This document shows positions 50,545 through 61,856 of a stretch of 64,000 nucleotides of DNA, in pieces (within the stretch, counting starts at the first letter, position 1; every line of letters starts with the position of its first letter). The notes below the pieces were generated by a model. The model was not told the origin of the DNA and did no database searches. It saw only the letters and a program-made list of their open reading frames with translations. Source of the DNA: Nitrosopumilus sp. (lineage in GTDB: Archaea > Thermoproteota > Nitrososphaeria > Nitrososphaerales > Nitrosopumilaceae); assembly GCA_965218785.1 (NCBI GenBank), contig OZ244650.1, forward strand, positions 1,248,001-1,312,000, written 5' to 3'. Made by a program: the position numbers and the translations under genes.

Positions 50545-52269
50545 TTATTTTGAACGGATTTTATCCTGAATCTGGGCCAGAATTAATTCAGCCTTGTTCT
50601 TATTCTCATAGTTTTCAACAGATTCATCCATGATTTCATCAATCTCATAGCTTTTATCAACTAGGATATTTGCAACATGATCATCCAGGGTGCCATTGCC
50701 GATCAGATAGTATGCAAAGACGGTATTTTTTTGTCCGATCCTATGAAGTCTGTCTTCGGCCTGCCTGTGAATTGCAGGACTCCAGTCAAGTTCGGCAAAA
50801 ATAACGTATTTTGCGCGGGTCAGGTTTATGCCGACGTTTCCCGCACGAAGACCTGCAATCATTAATTTTGATTCTCCGTTTTGGAACTTGTCAATCTGAT
50901 CCTGCCGGTACGAATCTGTCTGTCCTCCAATTATTGAGACGGGGGAGAATTCCTGCAGGCTTTCATGAAGCAGTTTATGAATTACTTTGTGATGGCAAAA
51001 AACAACGACACTTTCCTCAATCTCCATGATGTTTTTAACAAAATTAATCACGTGTGGCAGTTTTGCAACGCCTGCAATCTGCCGCTCACTTTGGATGGCC
51101 CTTTGATATGAGGCAGACTTTGAAAATCCCGTCTCTGCACCCTTTTGTTCCTCCTCGAGTCTCTTCCAGATTTTATCTAGTTCGTCAAGATAGTAATCAG
51201 TATCAGACGCTATGACCTCCTTGTAACGGACTTTGTCCTTGAGCTCCTTTAGGACGTCGGATTTCTTTCTTCGGAGCATGACGTGTTCCTGTAGTTGGTT
51301 TCGAAGCGAGGCCCGTCTGTTTTCTAGGACTATTGCCTTTCCCTTTTCATTTACATAACAGAAATATTCGCAAAATTCCTTAAAGCTTCCAAGAAGACCG
51401 GGTCTTATGATGTCAATTATCGGCCAAATTTCAGAGCCGCGGTTATAAATCGGAGTGCCAGAAAGTCCGATCCTATACCGCACGGAGGGGAGTGCGGCAA
51501 GCTTTTTGACTGCCTTGTATTTCTGCGTGGTTTTTGATCTCAGGTTGTGAACTTCGTCGCAGACTATAGTCCTTATTCCAAGCTTTTTCAAATCGGCGTT
51601 TCTTTTGAAAAGCAGCTCGTAATTTATCACGTAGATATCGCTTTCTGGAAGTTCCCGGGATTTTCCGGTTCGAATAAGGGTGACGCGGGGTGTTTTTGAT
51701 TCGATTATTCTGCCATTCTTGCTTTTTTTCTTTAGAAATTTTTCAATCTCTCTTTCCCAGTTGTTTAGCGTAACTAGGGGGGCAACAACTAGAACCGGAA
51801 ACGTCTGCTTTTCAGTGGCCACGTAGGATAGTGTCTCAACTGTCTTTCCCAGACCCATCTCATCGGCCAATAACGCATTGCCGGAGGATTTTAGCAGAAA
51901 ATCAAGCCCTTCTTTTTGAAAATTCAGGAGCTTTCCCCTGAACTGTTCGCCGGCTTTTGCACGCTTTAGCTTGTGTTTTATCGGAGGTGGCGCAGGCTTT
52001 GGGACGACTGCCTTTACGATTTTTCTCTGCCATACATGTTTTGATAAAATTTCAAGTGGGTATCTGTCCATGATGAGTTTGATCTGTTTTACGTTTTCGA
52101 TGTTATCAGAAACGATTACTTCGTTTATATTTTCACCATACCAGGCTTCCGGAACGAGTCTGGAGATCATGCTGACGGCGCGATCGCCGGAAATTTTCCA
52201 ACTCCATGTTTTGGAGTATTTGTCAAGCACATATTCCAGTTTACCTATGGTTTCCATTGATGTTTCCAT
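50545..52269 (-). CDS. SNF2-family helicase (SMARCAL1/HARP-like)
   Basis: LADEMGLGKT, DEVH, LSGTP, GINLT, QAEDRLHRIGQ. Confidence 0.95.
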   Translation of the reverse strand: METSMETIGKLEYVLDKYSKTWSWKISGDRAVSMISRLVPEAWYGENINEVIVSDNIENVKQIKLIMDRYPLEILSKHVWQRKIVKAVVPKPAPPPIKHKLKRAKAGEQFRGKLLNFQKEGLDFLLKSSGNALLADEMGLGKTVETLSYVATEKQTFPVLVVAPLVTLNNWEREIEKFLKKKSKNGRIIESKTPRVTLIRTGKSRELPESDIYVINYELLFKRNADLKKLGIRTIVCDEVHNLRSKTTQKYKAVKKLAALPSVRYRIGLSGTPIYNRGSEIWPIIDIIRPGLLGSFKEFCEYFCYVNEKGKAIVLENRRASLRNQLQEHVMLRRKKSDVLKELKDKVRYKEVIASDTDYYLDELDKIWKRLEEEQKGAETGFSKSASYQRAIQSERQIAGVAKLPHVINFVKNIMEIEESVVVFCHHKVIHKLLHESLQEFSPVSIIGGQTDSYRQDQIDKFQNGESKLMIAGLRAGNVGINLTRAKYVIFAELDWSPAIHRQAEDRLHRIGQKNTVFAYYLIGNGTLDDHVANILVDKSYEIDEIMDESVENYENKNKAELILAQIQDKIRSK

Positions 52270-52460
52270 AATTTGTCGACAGAAAGTTTTTTTGCCTTAT
52301 GAATCTTTCATATCCAGTCGATCAACGAGGGGCAGATCAAAAAGAAAATAATATTAAAATACGATAAATGTGGTGTATAATGGGCAAAATATTACAAAAA
52401 TCAGGCGAGATATACAGATGAGAACCAAAATAACAAATATGCAATCACAGGGGCGATAAT

Positions 52461-52850
52461 ATGGCAGAGGATGGATTCGCACTGATTTATCTGATATTTT
52501 TCCTGATCCCGCTTGCACGAATACTTCCACGCATAATAAGAAAACTGAGAAACAAGACGCAGGATGCAAAACCTAAAACATACACGGACGGGCCGATGAT
52601 GAGGCAGATGCAGGAATCCTTTGCAAAGCCGCCAGATGCCGAGATGATGGTATTAGGGACGATCAACAGTGGGAACAAGAATTTCAACGGCATTCAAAAA
52701 AATACCAGCCTGAACAAACAGGAACTTGAGGATGTTTTAAAAAAATTAGAAGAGCATGGCCTGATAAAGGTGGTACAAAAAGGGGGTCTTTTTGGAATGA
52801 AAGTGGAGATTCATCCAACAGAAAAGGGCCAGAAAAAATATTACACATAA
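52461..52850 (+). CDS. Membrane-anchored winged-helix protein
   Basis: N-terminal TM; LEDVLKKLEEHGLIKV...TEKG. Confidence 0.75.
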   Translation: MAEDGFALIYLIFFLIPLARILPRIIRKLRNKTQDAKPKTYTDGPMMRQMQESFAKPPDAEMMVLGTINSGNKNFNGIQKNTSLNKQELEDVLKKLEEHGLIKVVQKGGLFGMKVEIHPTEKGQKKYYT

Positions 52851-53981
52851 GAACCCCATTGTTTTTGGTGCGGGGAACGGTGATGGTATATGATTTGTGC
52901 CAGCAGCCAACCATCATAATATTTTTTGTATCTGTGGGTCTGGTCATCTTTTTTCAGGGTTTGGAACAGTTGTAGTCTGACTTGGATGTTTTTTCCTTCC
53001 AGCGTTCTTGTTTTAGGTAGTAGCAGTATTTTTCACATCCATGCCAGGGATATCTGTCTGCAAAAACTGCAGCATTTTGCATGTGCATAGATACGCTGAT
53101 CAGGCGGTTCTGGTAACCGTCAACTAATACCAGGCAACCCTCATCGAGACGAGTTTGTAGCAGATATCTGTTTGTATCTGTCGAATCAAATGCCACAATA
53201 AAATACGCCAAGCCCCGCCCAACATGTGTCAGTACGGCATTTAGAATACATTACCGTGATAAATGATTCTAAAGGACGTCTTGACGGAAAATAGCCGTCT
53301 CTATTTTTTGTGCATGTGTTTTTATTTAAAACCTGCAACAGGGTAGATCACATCGTATTGGATGTCATAATCAGATGAAGCAGTTGACAGCATAACTTTT
53401 CTTGATAATTGTTTGCCACACAGCAGAGGAATTAAACGATGACCTGCAAATCCAAATAACTTGAAAATGCATTGTAACGAGGTATGTCTCTGTTTTTTTC
53501 ATGTTAGTATGTATTTGTATGATGCGATATTTGACATCCCATCAGATAATAGATGGGACGTAATATTACAAAAACAACTTTGTGTTCTCCAACAACAACA
53601 ACAACAACAACAAAATATCTCTTGGCAATCCCCGGTTCCTACCCCAAACCAAATGGCAAACTGCAGGTTGTCACATACACACATGCAAATCAGCACCTGT
53701 TCATCCTCATGATCTCCCAGGCCATCTAATGCCAAATGTCCGTGTTTTGGGATTGGTTTAACCAGGTCTTTCCACGGGTACCACAGCGTTTTGGGAGCTA
53801 AACTACAGTCGGATTCTTGCCGGTGGCACATCCGGATATATTCTGACAGACAAGTTTCAGATTAATTTAATGATCAGATCATCAGACAGATGATAAAAAA
53901 CACAATCATAGACTGCAGGTTTGGTGTCAAATTACGATCAGAGAAAGGAACTACTAATAAGGCTAAAATTAAAAAATAACC

Positions 53982-55589
53982 ATGTCCTTTGAAGCGATTT
54001 TATTTATCGCAGTGCTGGTAATTGCCTCAAAACTTGGAGGCGAACTGCTTCATAGAATTGGGCAGCCCACCATTCTCGGGAACGTCATTGCAGGGATAAT
54101 CGTAGGTCCCGCGCTTTTGGCGATTGTTCAGCCAATTGAGGCAATAGAACTCTTTGTTTCAATAGGCGTCTTCTTTTTGTTCTTCCTAATCGGTCTTGAA
54201 GAGATTGATCTTGCCGGATTATTCAAGGTGATAAAGGGGAGGATATTTGCAGGATCCGCCGTTGCATTTTTAATACCATTTTTGGTTGCAGGGCTTTTTG
54301 GACTGGCAATTGACATGGATTTCATACAGTCTTTTGCCATTGCAAGTGTGATTGCGGCATCTAGTCTGGGTGTAACGGCCAAGGTGTTAAGTGATCTTGG
54401 AAAACTTAGATCGACTATCGGTCTTGAAATTTTCACAGTAACTGCAATCGTGGAATTTATCGCGATTATTTTTGTAAGTGTGTTTATTCAGATAGATACA
54501 AGCGATGACTTTCCAGAAATCACCGAGATGATCTGGCTGTTTGCCAAGATGGTGATCTTTTTTGCCATCGCCGGACTTGCATCCGTGTTTGTTCTGCCTC
54601 GTTTTTTCAGATTAATCAAGAGATATCTTCGAGTCCAACAGGCCTATTTTGCCGTGGTAATCGGAATGATCTTACTTGTGGCATATTTTGCAGAAGTCAG
54701 CGGGGTTCACGGGGCAATCGGTGCCCTGCTTTTGGGGATTGCCGTTTCAAGGATGAACAGGGATGAGTATCATGAAATCTCAAAAAGCGTCAACGTGATA
54801 GGGTACGGGATTTTTATTCCGATATTTTTTGCAGGAATCGGACTGCATTTCAGCCTGGCATTCTTGGAATTAGACTGGTGGATAATCGCCGTTTTTATTG
54901 GCATCATGACTGGTGTGAAGTTTTTGAGCTCGTATATCGCAGTACGTATAGCCAAAATGAGGCCTGCAACTACCGTGGCATACGGTGTAATGTCAAAAGG
55001 CGCAGTTGATTTGGCACTGATGCTGTCCTTGCTGCAAGCAGACATTATGGATGACAAGTTATTCTCACTCTTGGTTTTGGGCACGCTTATCACCATGATC
55101 ATATCTAGTGTTGAACTTCAGCGCAATCTAAAAAAGATAATTCATGTCAGAGTCGGAGCCTCCGAATTTGGATTGGTTCCAATATTTTTTAGAAGGGTGG
55201 TATCTGACACTTGTGCCAGTGCGGTAACTGACACGGCGTTTTCTAGGACCACGCAGGATATCACAGTCAAGGAGTTTTCTAAGACCAATGATGCCAAAAA
55301 CCCCTTTCTTGTTTTTGATGATGGGGATAATTTGGTAGGAATCGTATCTAAAAAAGAGATAGACAAAGCCCGTAAAAAAACACAAGAGTCAACTACCATC
55401 GGCGATATAATGTATAGAAAAATTCACACGACCCTTCCAGATGATTATCTGTTTACGGTAATTCAAAAAATGAATTCGCATCCGTTTGATATGATTCCAG
55501 TAGTGGATCCAAACAACCCTAGAAAGGTAGTCGGAATTGTAACAGGCGAGGCAATGATGAATTTGTTGACAGAGACAAAAAAACCGTAA
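53982..55589 (+). CDS. CPA2 cation:proton antiporter with C-terminal CBS pair
   Basis: Many TMs, LFFLIGLE, FIPIFFAGIG; CBS motifs LVGIVS and VVGIVT. Confidence 0.92.
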   Translation: MSFEAILFIAVLVIASKLGGELLHRIGQPTILGNVIAGIIVGPALLAIVQPIEAIELFVSIGVFFLFFLIGLEEIDLAGLFKVIKGRIFAGSAVAFLIPFLVAGLFGLAIDMDFIQSFAIASVIAASSLGVTAKVLSDLGKLRSTIGLEIFTVTAIVEFIAIIFVSVFIQIDTSDDFPEITEMIWLFAKMVIFFAIAGLASVFVLPRFFRLIKRYLRVQQAYFAVVIGMILLVAYFAEVSGVHGAIGALLLGIAVSRMNRDEYHEISKSVNVIGYGIFIPIFFAGIGLHFSLAFLELDWWIIAVFIGIMTGVKFLSSYIAVRIAKMRPATTVAYGVMSKGAVDLALMLSLLQADIMDDKLFSLLVLGTLITMIISSVELQRNLKKIIHVRVGASEFGLVPIFFRRVVSDTCASAVTDTAFSRTTQDITVKEFSKTNDAKNPFLVFDDGDNLVGIVSKKEIDKARKKTQESTTIGDIMYRKIHTTLPDDYLFTVIQKMNSHPFDMIPVVDPNNPRKVVGIVTGEAMMNLLTETKKP

Positions 55590-55759
55590 TTTTATGCATG
55601 ATGGGCATGATCAGATATACGCATGGCTAATCTGAAATTCCTCGTGCGGCAGCAGGCATGTCAATCCATGAAATCAACAATTGCAGAGAATGTTTTCTTG
55701 TCATGCCATTTTGGCACATCGGGTGCTAGGCACGAAATAATCCAGATGAAATTTTGTGT

Positions 55760-56100
55760 CTATTGAGAACTTTTGGTTAGTGAGGCATTTTGAATGATGG
55801 TCTTCCATTTGTTGGAACCATCCACCAATATCCCTGCCATCTCTGCAGGTGTCTTGCCGCCCAACGCACTGTGTTTTTTGGTAAAATTATAGAATGTCTG
55901 AAATCCGTCAAACAACGGACTGTCCATCGTCTTGATTCCCTTAAATGGGATCTCTCTGTCTCTAATTGTACCGTTTAATCTCTCCATTCGATTATTGTTT
56001 ATGTCCCCTCTCATGTGGATGTGTCTGATGTGTTCTGTCTCCTTGTGCAGGAAATTCTTTGCCCTGTATTCGGACTTCCAAGCATGATAATCGTAGAAAA
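55760..56100 (-). mobile_element. IS6-like DDE transposase C-terminal remnant
   Basis: HIRHIHMRGDINNNRMERLNGTIRDRE...YNFTKKHSALGGKTPAEMAG; N-terminus missing. Confidence 0.8.
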
Positions 56101-56142
56101 TCAGGAAGATAGCCCTTCGACAATTAACACAAAGGAGATTCA

Positions 56143-56162
56143 CCCGTCAAGTTAACAGTACC
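56143..56162 (-). mobile_element. IS terminal-inverted-repeat-like end GGTACTGTTAACTTGACGGG
   Basis: GGTACTGT start resembles IS6/IS1595-type ends; lies just upstream of the transposase remnant. Confidence 0.4.
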
Positions 56163-56367
56163 GTACAGTCGTCAGACGTAATGTTATATCTTGACGATCA
56201 TGCTGATGATGTCTGAATAACGGGATCACTAATCTCATAATATGGGAATTGAATTACTGATAGGTACAATTTCAATCTGAAGAAGATTCTATATTTCAGC
56301 ATCCGAAGATTACGCAGAACCAATAAAATAATACATTTAAAAGTAATATTCTATAAATGATAGAGAT

Positions 56368-56607
56368 ATGGATAAAGAATTAAAACAGTATTTAGATAAA
56401 AGATTTGCAGTGGTGGAAACCCTAGTTAAGAAAGTAGATAACTTGAAGAAACAAACAGGTCTTAACTGTAAAAAACTGACTAAAATTGGAAAAGAGATTC
56501 CCATCATAAGGGTAAGGTTGGATACATTATGTAGTGCCAGTAAGAACACAGAAACACATCTTAATAGAATTGAAAAAAAGTTTGACAGACAACTCATGAA
56601 AAAATAG
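56368..56607 (+). CDS. Small AT-rich coiled-coil protein
   Basis: MDKELKQYLDKRF...heptad pattern; flanked by dispersed repeats. Confidence 0.6.
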   Translation: MDKELKQYLDKRFAVVETLVKKVDNLKKQTGLNCKKLTKIGKEIPIIRVRLDTLCSASKNTETHLNRIEKKFDRQLMKK

Positions 56608-57026
56608 ATGTTGATCCTTTTCAACCTAATCAGAACAAAATTCCAAATAATCTTATGATCTCTTACTATTCTTGCACAGTATTCAAATCCATGACATGTT
56701 TCTGAATTTTCCTAGTTTCACCTGTGATTTGATCCGCCTAAATTAGAGTCAGATTCAGATAACTTTACAGTACCTGAATTTTTTCTCATTTAAAAGGGGA
56801 ATTAGTACCTGACCCCGCTTCTTCAAGCAGATCGTCTGTCAGATCGACATCATTACGAAATTTTTCCAGATCCATGATTTCAGAGTTAATCCTAGTTTTA
56901 GGGGTTTTAAGAATTAGTTGTGATTTTACATTTCAGGTCAGGCACGGATGACCCAATTACTCAAATAAAATTGAAAAATAGATAAATTTTATTCATACTT
57001 TGGCTTAACAACAGAATTTAGAAGGG

Positions 57027-58019
57027 TTGCATGTGTACAAAGACAGGGTCATATTAACAGGATTATTCTCATTTTTGATGTTATTTTCGCTTATTCCATC
57101 CATAGATGCGGAACTGTGGGAGTTGATAGTGGTTGCAAACGTGGAAAAAGCGGCGATTTATTCTAGTGATGCAGTAGTAGTTACAGGCAAAGTCGTAGAC
57201 CATGCATACAAACCAGTAGTAGGTGCTGAAATCTCCGTTAGGGCTGGCTCAGATACGACAAAGACAACCACAGACTCGGCAGGGCTGTTCAAAGTGGAAT
57301 TAAATAGTCTGGAGAGGATTCCTGCAACGTATACTGTTAACGTGGCTGCAACATGGAATGAGATGACAGGTATTACAAGCATCCAATTTCAGGTGAAAGG
57401 TGACGCATCGCCAGTTACGGTACTGCAGAAAAAACTCTCCACCGGGGAAGCAATAAGATATCTTACCGCAGACGAGAAGGATTTTGAGAAAGATCCAATC
57501 GGGCAGACTCTGTTCAAGTATTATCAGGGATTGTTACAAGAGTTAATCGATGAAAACAAGGAGAGTATGAAGCCCACAAAGAAACAGATTCAACTAGAGC
57601 AGCAAAGACAGATTGCCGGTGAGTTAAAAAAGAAGGCCATCGAATTTTACAATCCAGGATATGGTGTTTACGGCGGGTACAAGTACGATGACTATATCAG
57701 AGCGCTGAATCCGGAGATAAAGGATCTAGTCACAGCCCAGATGAACTTTACCAAAAACACGTTTGAAGAGGCACAGAAGATAAGAGATAAAATTCTTGCA
57801 GATGGGGGCACAATAGAAAAGGCCAGACAGGCATATCTGGATATTATTTCAATTCCAAAAGAGGTTTTGGAGCAGTTCAATCAAGAGAGATTAGATGAGA
57901 AAGCAGAAGAGGGTGCCGGAGAGGAAGCAGAAGAGGGTGCCGGAGAGGAAGTAGAAGATGGTGCCGGAGAGGAAGCTGGAGAAGATCCGATGGTGCTGAT
58001 TCAGAGAACCAATGAATGA
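57027..58019 (+). CDS. Secreted protein with carboxypeptidase-regulatory-like beta-sandwich and acidic 24-bp repeat tail
   Basis: Signal peptide; VTGKVVD...PVVGAEIS...TTDSAGLF; EEGAGEEA repeats. Confidence 0.8.
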   Translation: MHVYKDRVILTGLFSFLMLFSLIPSIDAELWELIVVANVEKAAIYSSDAVVVTGKVVDHAYKPVVGAEISVRAGSDTTKTTTDSAGLFKVELNSLERIPATYTVNVAATWNEMTGITSIQFQVKGDASPVTVLQKKLSTGEAIRYLTADEKDFEKDPIGQTLFKYYQGLLQELIDENKESMKPTKKQIQLEQQRQIAGELKKKAIEFYNPGYGVYGGYKYDDYIRALNPEIKDLVTAQMNFTKNTFEEAQKIRDKILADGGTIEKARQAYLDIISIPKEVLEQFNQERLDEKAEEGAGEEAEEGAGEEVEDGAGEEAGEDPMVLIQRTNE

Positions 58020-58253
58020 TTGATGTTCTGTAAAGTTATGGAGACCTGAAATCTAGTCCATAATTTTTTATTATATAATATCTCATCAGTAATGGACGAC
58101 AACCCGGGCGTATGTTCTGCTTTCATGTTTTGAAAGCAGTTACACCATTTAATAAAATAATTTCATTCCATTATTATGACTAGTCCGGTCTCTATAACTT
58201 CACATGAACCTTTCTTCCAAACAATTTTTAATCCGAATCGGATATAAAATCTG

Positions 58254-58574
58254 ATGAAGATATACCACAAATCGACATGCATTACATGCAGAAAAACCAT
58301 CACGGAGATGGAGAGGATGCACACCGACATTGAAAAAAGGGATTTCTTCAAAGAACCGTTTTCAGAAACAGAGCTGAAAAAAATTATTAAAATGACAGGA
58401 AAAAAACCCAAAGATCTTCTTAGAAAAAGAGACAAGATGTACAAAGAACTGGATTTGGATAACAACAAGAGGACTGACATTCAGATAATCAAGTTAATGA
58501 CAAAGTATCCCGGATTAATCATGCGCCCGATCATAGTTAAAAAAGACAAGGCGTCTGCCGGAAAGACCTACTAA
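58254..58574 (+). CDS. ArsC/Spx family protein
   Basis: YHKSTCITCRK...PGLIMRPII. Confidence 0.9.
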   Translation: MKIYHKSTCITCRKTITEMERMHTDIEKRDFFKEPFSETELKKIIKMTGKKPKDLLRKRDKMYKELDLDNNKRTDIQIIKLMTKYPGLIMRPIIVKKDKASAGKTY

Positions 58575-58580
58575 ATCAAG

Positions 58581-58826
58581 TCAGCCTGGATTTTCCTGTT
58601 TGAATATTCTTACTGCCTCCAAATGAGAACAGTTTGCCTTCAATCCCTTGCCATGATGGAATTTGTAAAAGTTTTTGAATCCCGGACATTCGCACGTATC
58701 AAAAGTTACAAAATAGGATTTGTCGGGATCCGATGAGGATTTTATCTGAAACAAATCATCCTCAAGTCTTACCACGCCGCCACTCTGGACCAGCTTTTTT
58801 GCCTTTCTGATCGTGTTTGCGCTCAT
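58581..58826 (-). CDS. SWIM zinc-finger protein
   Basis: CECPGF...CSHLEAV. Confidence 0.85.
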   Translation of the reverse strand: MSANTIRKAKKLVQSGGVVRLEDDLFQIKSSSDPDKSYFVTFDTCECPGFKNFYKFHHGKGLKANCSHLEAVRIFKQENPG

Positions 58827-59103
58827 AGTAGGACAGAAAAGTCCTCATTTTTTATTCTTTAATTTTTTGGCAGGAGTGCTTCCATATGATGCCCCGGCAA
58901 CGATTTGAGAGGAAGGGGGCAAAACACCTTCAGGATCCAAGATCATCTTGCATGGATTAAACCGGTTTGGCAGTCAGCATATTTTGCAAATGCAAGAGCA
59001 ACACCAGAAAATGCCGGACTGATTCGGAATCACGCCTAGATACGCAGAGATCAGGGCGTGGAAATAAAATAATATTATAAACTAATTTCCTGATTTCAAA
59101 CTA

Positions 59104-60159
59104 TTGAGCATGAAGAGATTTGTCGTCACAAGAATGGCAACGATGTTTGGGGTTTTAATGATTACACTGCTAATCACGATTGCGCTTGTCGGCTCAAACA
59201 TGGATATCATACTAAAACAGGGAATCGTCTTTCAGGTAAGATCCGAGATTACGGAGAATCCTGCCATTGCTGAGAGTTTTTCATCAGTTGCCGAATTTGA
59301 GGGATTTGTTCAGGATCAGATAGGGCAGAGAATCAAGAATCTAGGTTTAGATGAGCCGTGGTACTCGCCTCAAAGGGTCGGTCTTACCATGTACAAGATA
59401 CTGCTGCTTGATTTTGGACATGCGACGTTTCTCATCAGTGATTCGGGATCTTCGGATGTAAAAGATATAATCTTTGAAAAACTCCCAAGGACGATTTTGT
59501 TATTTACAACTGCCACGATAATCATTTCAATCATAGGAATATTTCTCGGGGCACTATCAAGCAGCAAGATCGGCTCAGTTATCGACAGAGTCGTCTCAAG
59601 TTTTGCAGTAATCAGCTCAAGCTTTCCGGTTTGGTGGATAGGGCTGTTGATGATATTTCTATTTGCGTTTACATGGCAGATTTTTCCTGCAAGAGCAACC
59701 CCGGACATTCCGTCATCGGACCCCGGATATATCGCGGCGTTACTATACCACATGACGCTGCCATTAATTACAATTGTAATGATCGGTTTTGGTTCGTGGG
59801 CATATCTGGTAAGAAACTTCATGGTAGGAATCATGCAGGAAGACTTTATCATGGCAAAAAAGACAATCGGAGTGGGGGAGAAAAAGATTGTCTATATCCA
59901 CGCGCTAAAAAACGCCGCGCCCCCAATCGTAACAATTCTGGCACTTAGCCTGTCAGGATCACTGGGAGGGGCAATAATCACAGAGGCGGTTTTTGATTGG
60001 CCGGGAATGGGCAGACTCTACTTTGAGGCAATCACGGTAATGGATTTGCCGGTAATTATCGGTGCCACATATGTTCTTACGGTGTTTTTCCTGGTAAGCA
60101 TATTCATCGCGGACCTGCTTTATGGCTACTTTGATCCAAGGGTGAGGACGGGTCAATGA
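59104..60159 (+). CDS. dppB: Peptide ABC transporter permease (DppB/OppB-like)
   Basis: HALKNA...GGAIITEAVFDWPGMG...DLPVI...DPRVR. Confidence 0.9.
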   Translation: MSMKRFVVTRMATMFGVLMITLLITIALVGSNMDIILKQGIVFQVRSEITENPAIAESFSSVAEFEGFVQDQIGQRIKNLGLDEPWYSPQRVGLTMYKILLLDFGHATFLISDSGSSDVKDIIFEKLPRTILLFTTATIIISIIGIFLGALSSSKIGSVIDRVVSSFAVISSSFPVWWIGLLMIFLFAFTWQIFPARATPDIPSSDPGYIAALLYHMTLPLITIVMIGFGSWAYLVRNFMVGIMQEDFIMAKKTIGVGEKKIVYIHALKNAAPPIVTILALSLSGSLGGAIITEAVFDWPGMGRLYFEAITVMDLPVIIGATYVLTVFFLVSIFIADLLYGYFDPRVRTGQ

Positions 60160-61523
60160 GCAGCATCTCATCCCAGGAGATAAGACAGGAGTTTCTTAAA
60201 AGCAAGATGGGTATTGCCGGAATTGTGATTCTGACGGCCCTGGTGGCAACATCAGTTGCCGCCGTCGTTTTGATTCCGGTTGAAACGTTTCAGGAATGGA
60301 ACAATCCTGGAAACTGGATATCATATCCAAAGACTGCAATTCCGGCATGGGTGAATCTCTTTATGATAGAAAAGATTCCAGAACATAAAATTTTAGCAGT
60401 ACCGGAGATACGGACAGATACGCAGGACGGAGTCATGCTGAAATCACATCATTTTGGATTGAACTACAATTACGATGACTTTCCAAACGATTTCATCTAC
60501 GAGTTTTCAGCAAAATACTCCAATTCCCCGCTGCTGCAAATGACTGTAATCAGGCCCGATGGGGTCAAGCTAGAGTTGCTATCAACCTCGCTTCCATTCT
60601 CAAACTCGCAGACCATCCATACTGAGAGGATCTTCTCCACGGATGCGGCAATAAAGAAAAACCTGGCAATGCAGGCAGGGGAATTCGGATTTGATTTTAA
60701 CAGGCTGCCAGTAGAGGATGTCATTTTTTCAAAGATGCAGGTAAACGAGCCGTTGAGGGGGGATTACATTTTTTCAGTAGACGTGTATTCGGTAAACTCC
60801 GAGGTACAGATACCCGAATCAAGGATGGTCATCGGAGGCAAGGCCTTTGGCGTGATGGGAACAGATGAACTGCGACGGGATCTGGCAGTCGGGCTGTTAT
60901 GGGGAACACCGCTTGCCCTGTTCATCGGCCTAGTCGTTGCAATTGCCTCGGTAATCATGGGACTGCTTTACGGGGTATATGCAGGATTCAAAGGCAAAAG
61001 GACAGACGAGACCATGATGCGCTTTAATGACGTGATCTATGCGCTGCCGGCACTTCCATTTCTAATCATACTCTCAGTGACAATTAGCAGCAGCATATTT
61101 CTGATGGCGGGTTTTTTGATGATCTTCGGCTGGGTGGGAATTGCAAAAGTATCAAGGAGCATGTCCCTTCAAATCAAGACCAGGGGCTATGTTGATGCTG
61201 CAAGAATGATGGGACAAAAGGACTCTAAAATAATCTTCAAGCACATACTGCCGCAGTTGCTGCCATACGCATTTGCCAGCATCGCAATATCGGTTCCGGC
61301 AGCCATCACCACGGAGGCAGGTCTCAGTTTTCTGGGGCTCGGGGATCCGTCATTTCCCACATGGGGTCAGATCCTGCACGATGCAAACACGTTTGGTGCG
61401 GCCGCAAGGGGGCTCTGGTGGTGGATAATGCCGCCAGGAGTGATGATTGCCATAACAGGTCTTGCGTTTGTTTTCATCGGAAACGCCTTGGATGCAATAG
61501 TAAATCCAAAACTCAAGAGATAG
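60156..61523 (+). CDS. dppC: Peptide ABC transporter permease (DppC/OppC-like)
   Basis: GTDELRRD, EAGLSFLGLG, PTWGQIL, WWWIMPPG; ATGA overlap with dppB. Confidence 0.9.
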   Translation: MSSISSQEIRQEFLKSKMGIAGIVILTALVATSVAAVVLIPVETFQEWNNPGNWISYPKTAIPAWVNLFMIEKIPEHKILAVPEIRTDTQDGVMLKSHHFGLNYNYDDFPNDFIYEFSAKYSNSPLLQMTVIRPDGVKLELLSTSLPFSNSQTIHTERIFSTDAAIKKNLAMQAGEFGFDFNRLPVEDVIFSKMQVNEPLRGDYIFSVDVYSVNSEVQIPESRMVIGGKAFGVMGTDELRRDLAVGLLWGTPLALFIGLVVAIASVIMGLLYGVYAGFKGKRTDETMMRFNDVIYALPALPFLIILSVTISSSIFLMAGFLMIFGWVGIAKVSRSMSLQIKTRGYVDAARMMGQKDSKIIFKHILPQLLPYAFASIAISVPAAITTEAGLSFLGLGDPSFPTWGQILHDANTFGAAARGLWWWIMPPGVMIAITGLAFVFIGNALDAIVNPKLKR

Positions 61524-61845
61524 CAGAGACTAGATCAAACTTTCGAATCAGTTCGATGGTCTTGTCATTTAGTTTTATGGAGTAGCATGACGAGTTTTTA
61601 TCATTGAATGCCGCCAGCTTGTTGGCAAACACCTTTTTGCTGTGGCCGTCTTCAGTTACCATGTCTGATTCGTCAAAACAGATGGGCATCTGTTTCATGT
61701 TCAGGTTGTTTTCCAAAAGAAAGGCAATGAATTTTTGATAGTTTTCAGTTTCAAACCAGTCAACACTTTTTTCCTTGCTTACTCCAATCCACACCTCAAT
61801 GGAGTTCTGGTATAGGACCTTTTTTCTTAATTCTTCTAATGCCAT
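61513..61845 (-). CDS. Hypothetical protein
   Basis: 110-aa ORF in minus-strand operon. Confidence 0.7.
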   Translation of the reverse strand: MALEELRKKVLYQNSIEVWIGVSKEKSVDWFETENYQKFIAFLLENNLNMKQMPICFDESDMVTEDGHSKKVFANKLAAFNDKNSSCYSIKLNDKTIELIRKFDLVSAIS

Positions 61846-61856
61846 CTTTCCTTCAC

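Noticed and set aside
52860-53211. 85-aa and adjacent minus-strand ORFs
   Set aside because: No recognisable motifs; probably pseudogene debris.
53461-53831. Poly-Gln and poly-Cys ORFs
   Set aside because: Products of a (CAA)n microsatellite in degenerate intergenic DNA, with no recognisable protein.
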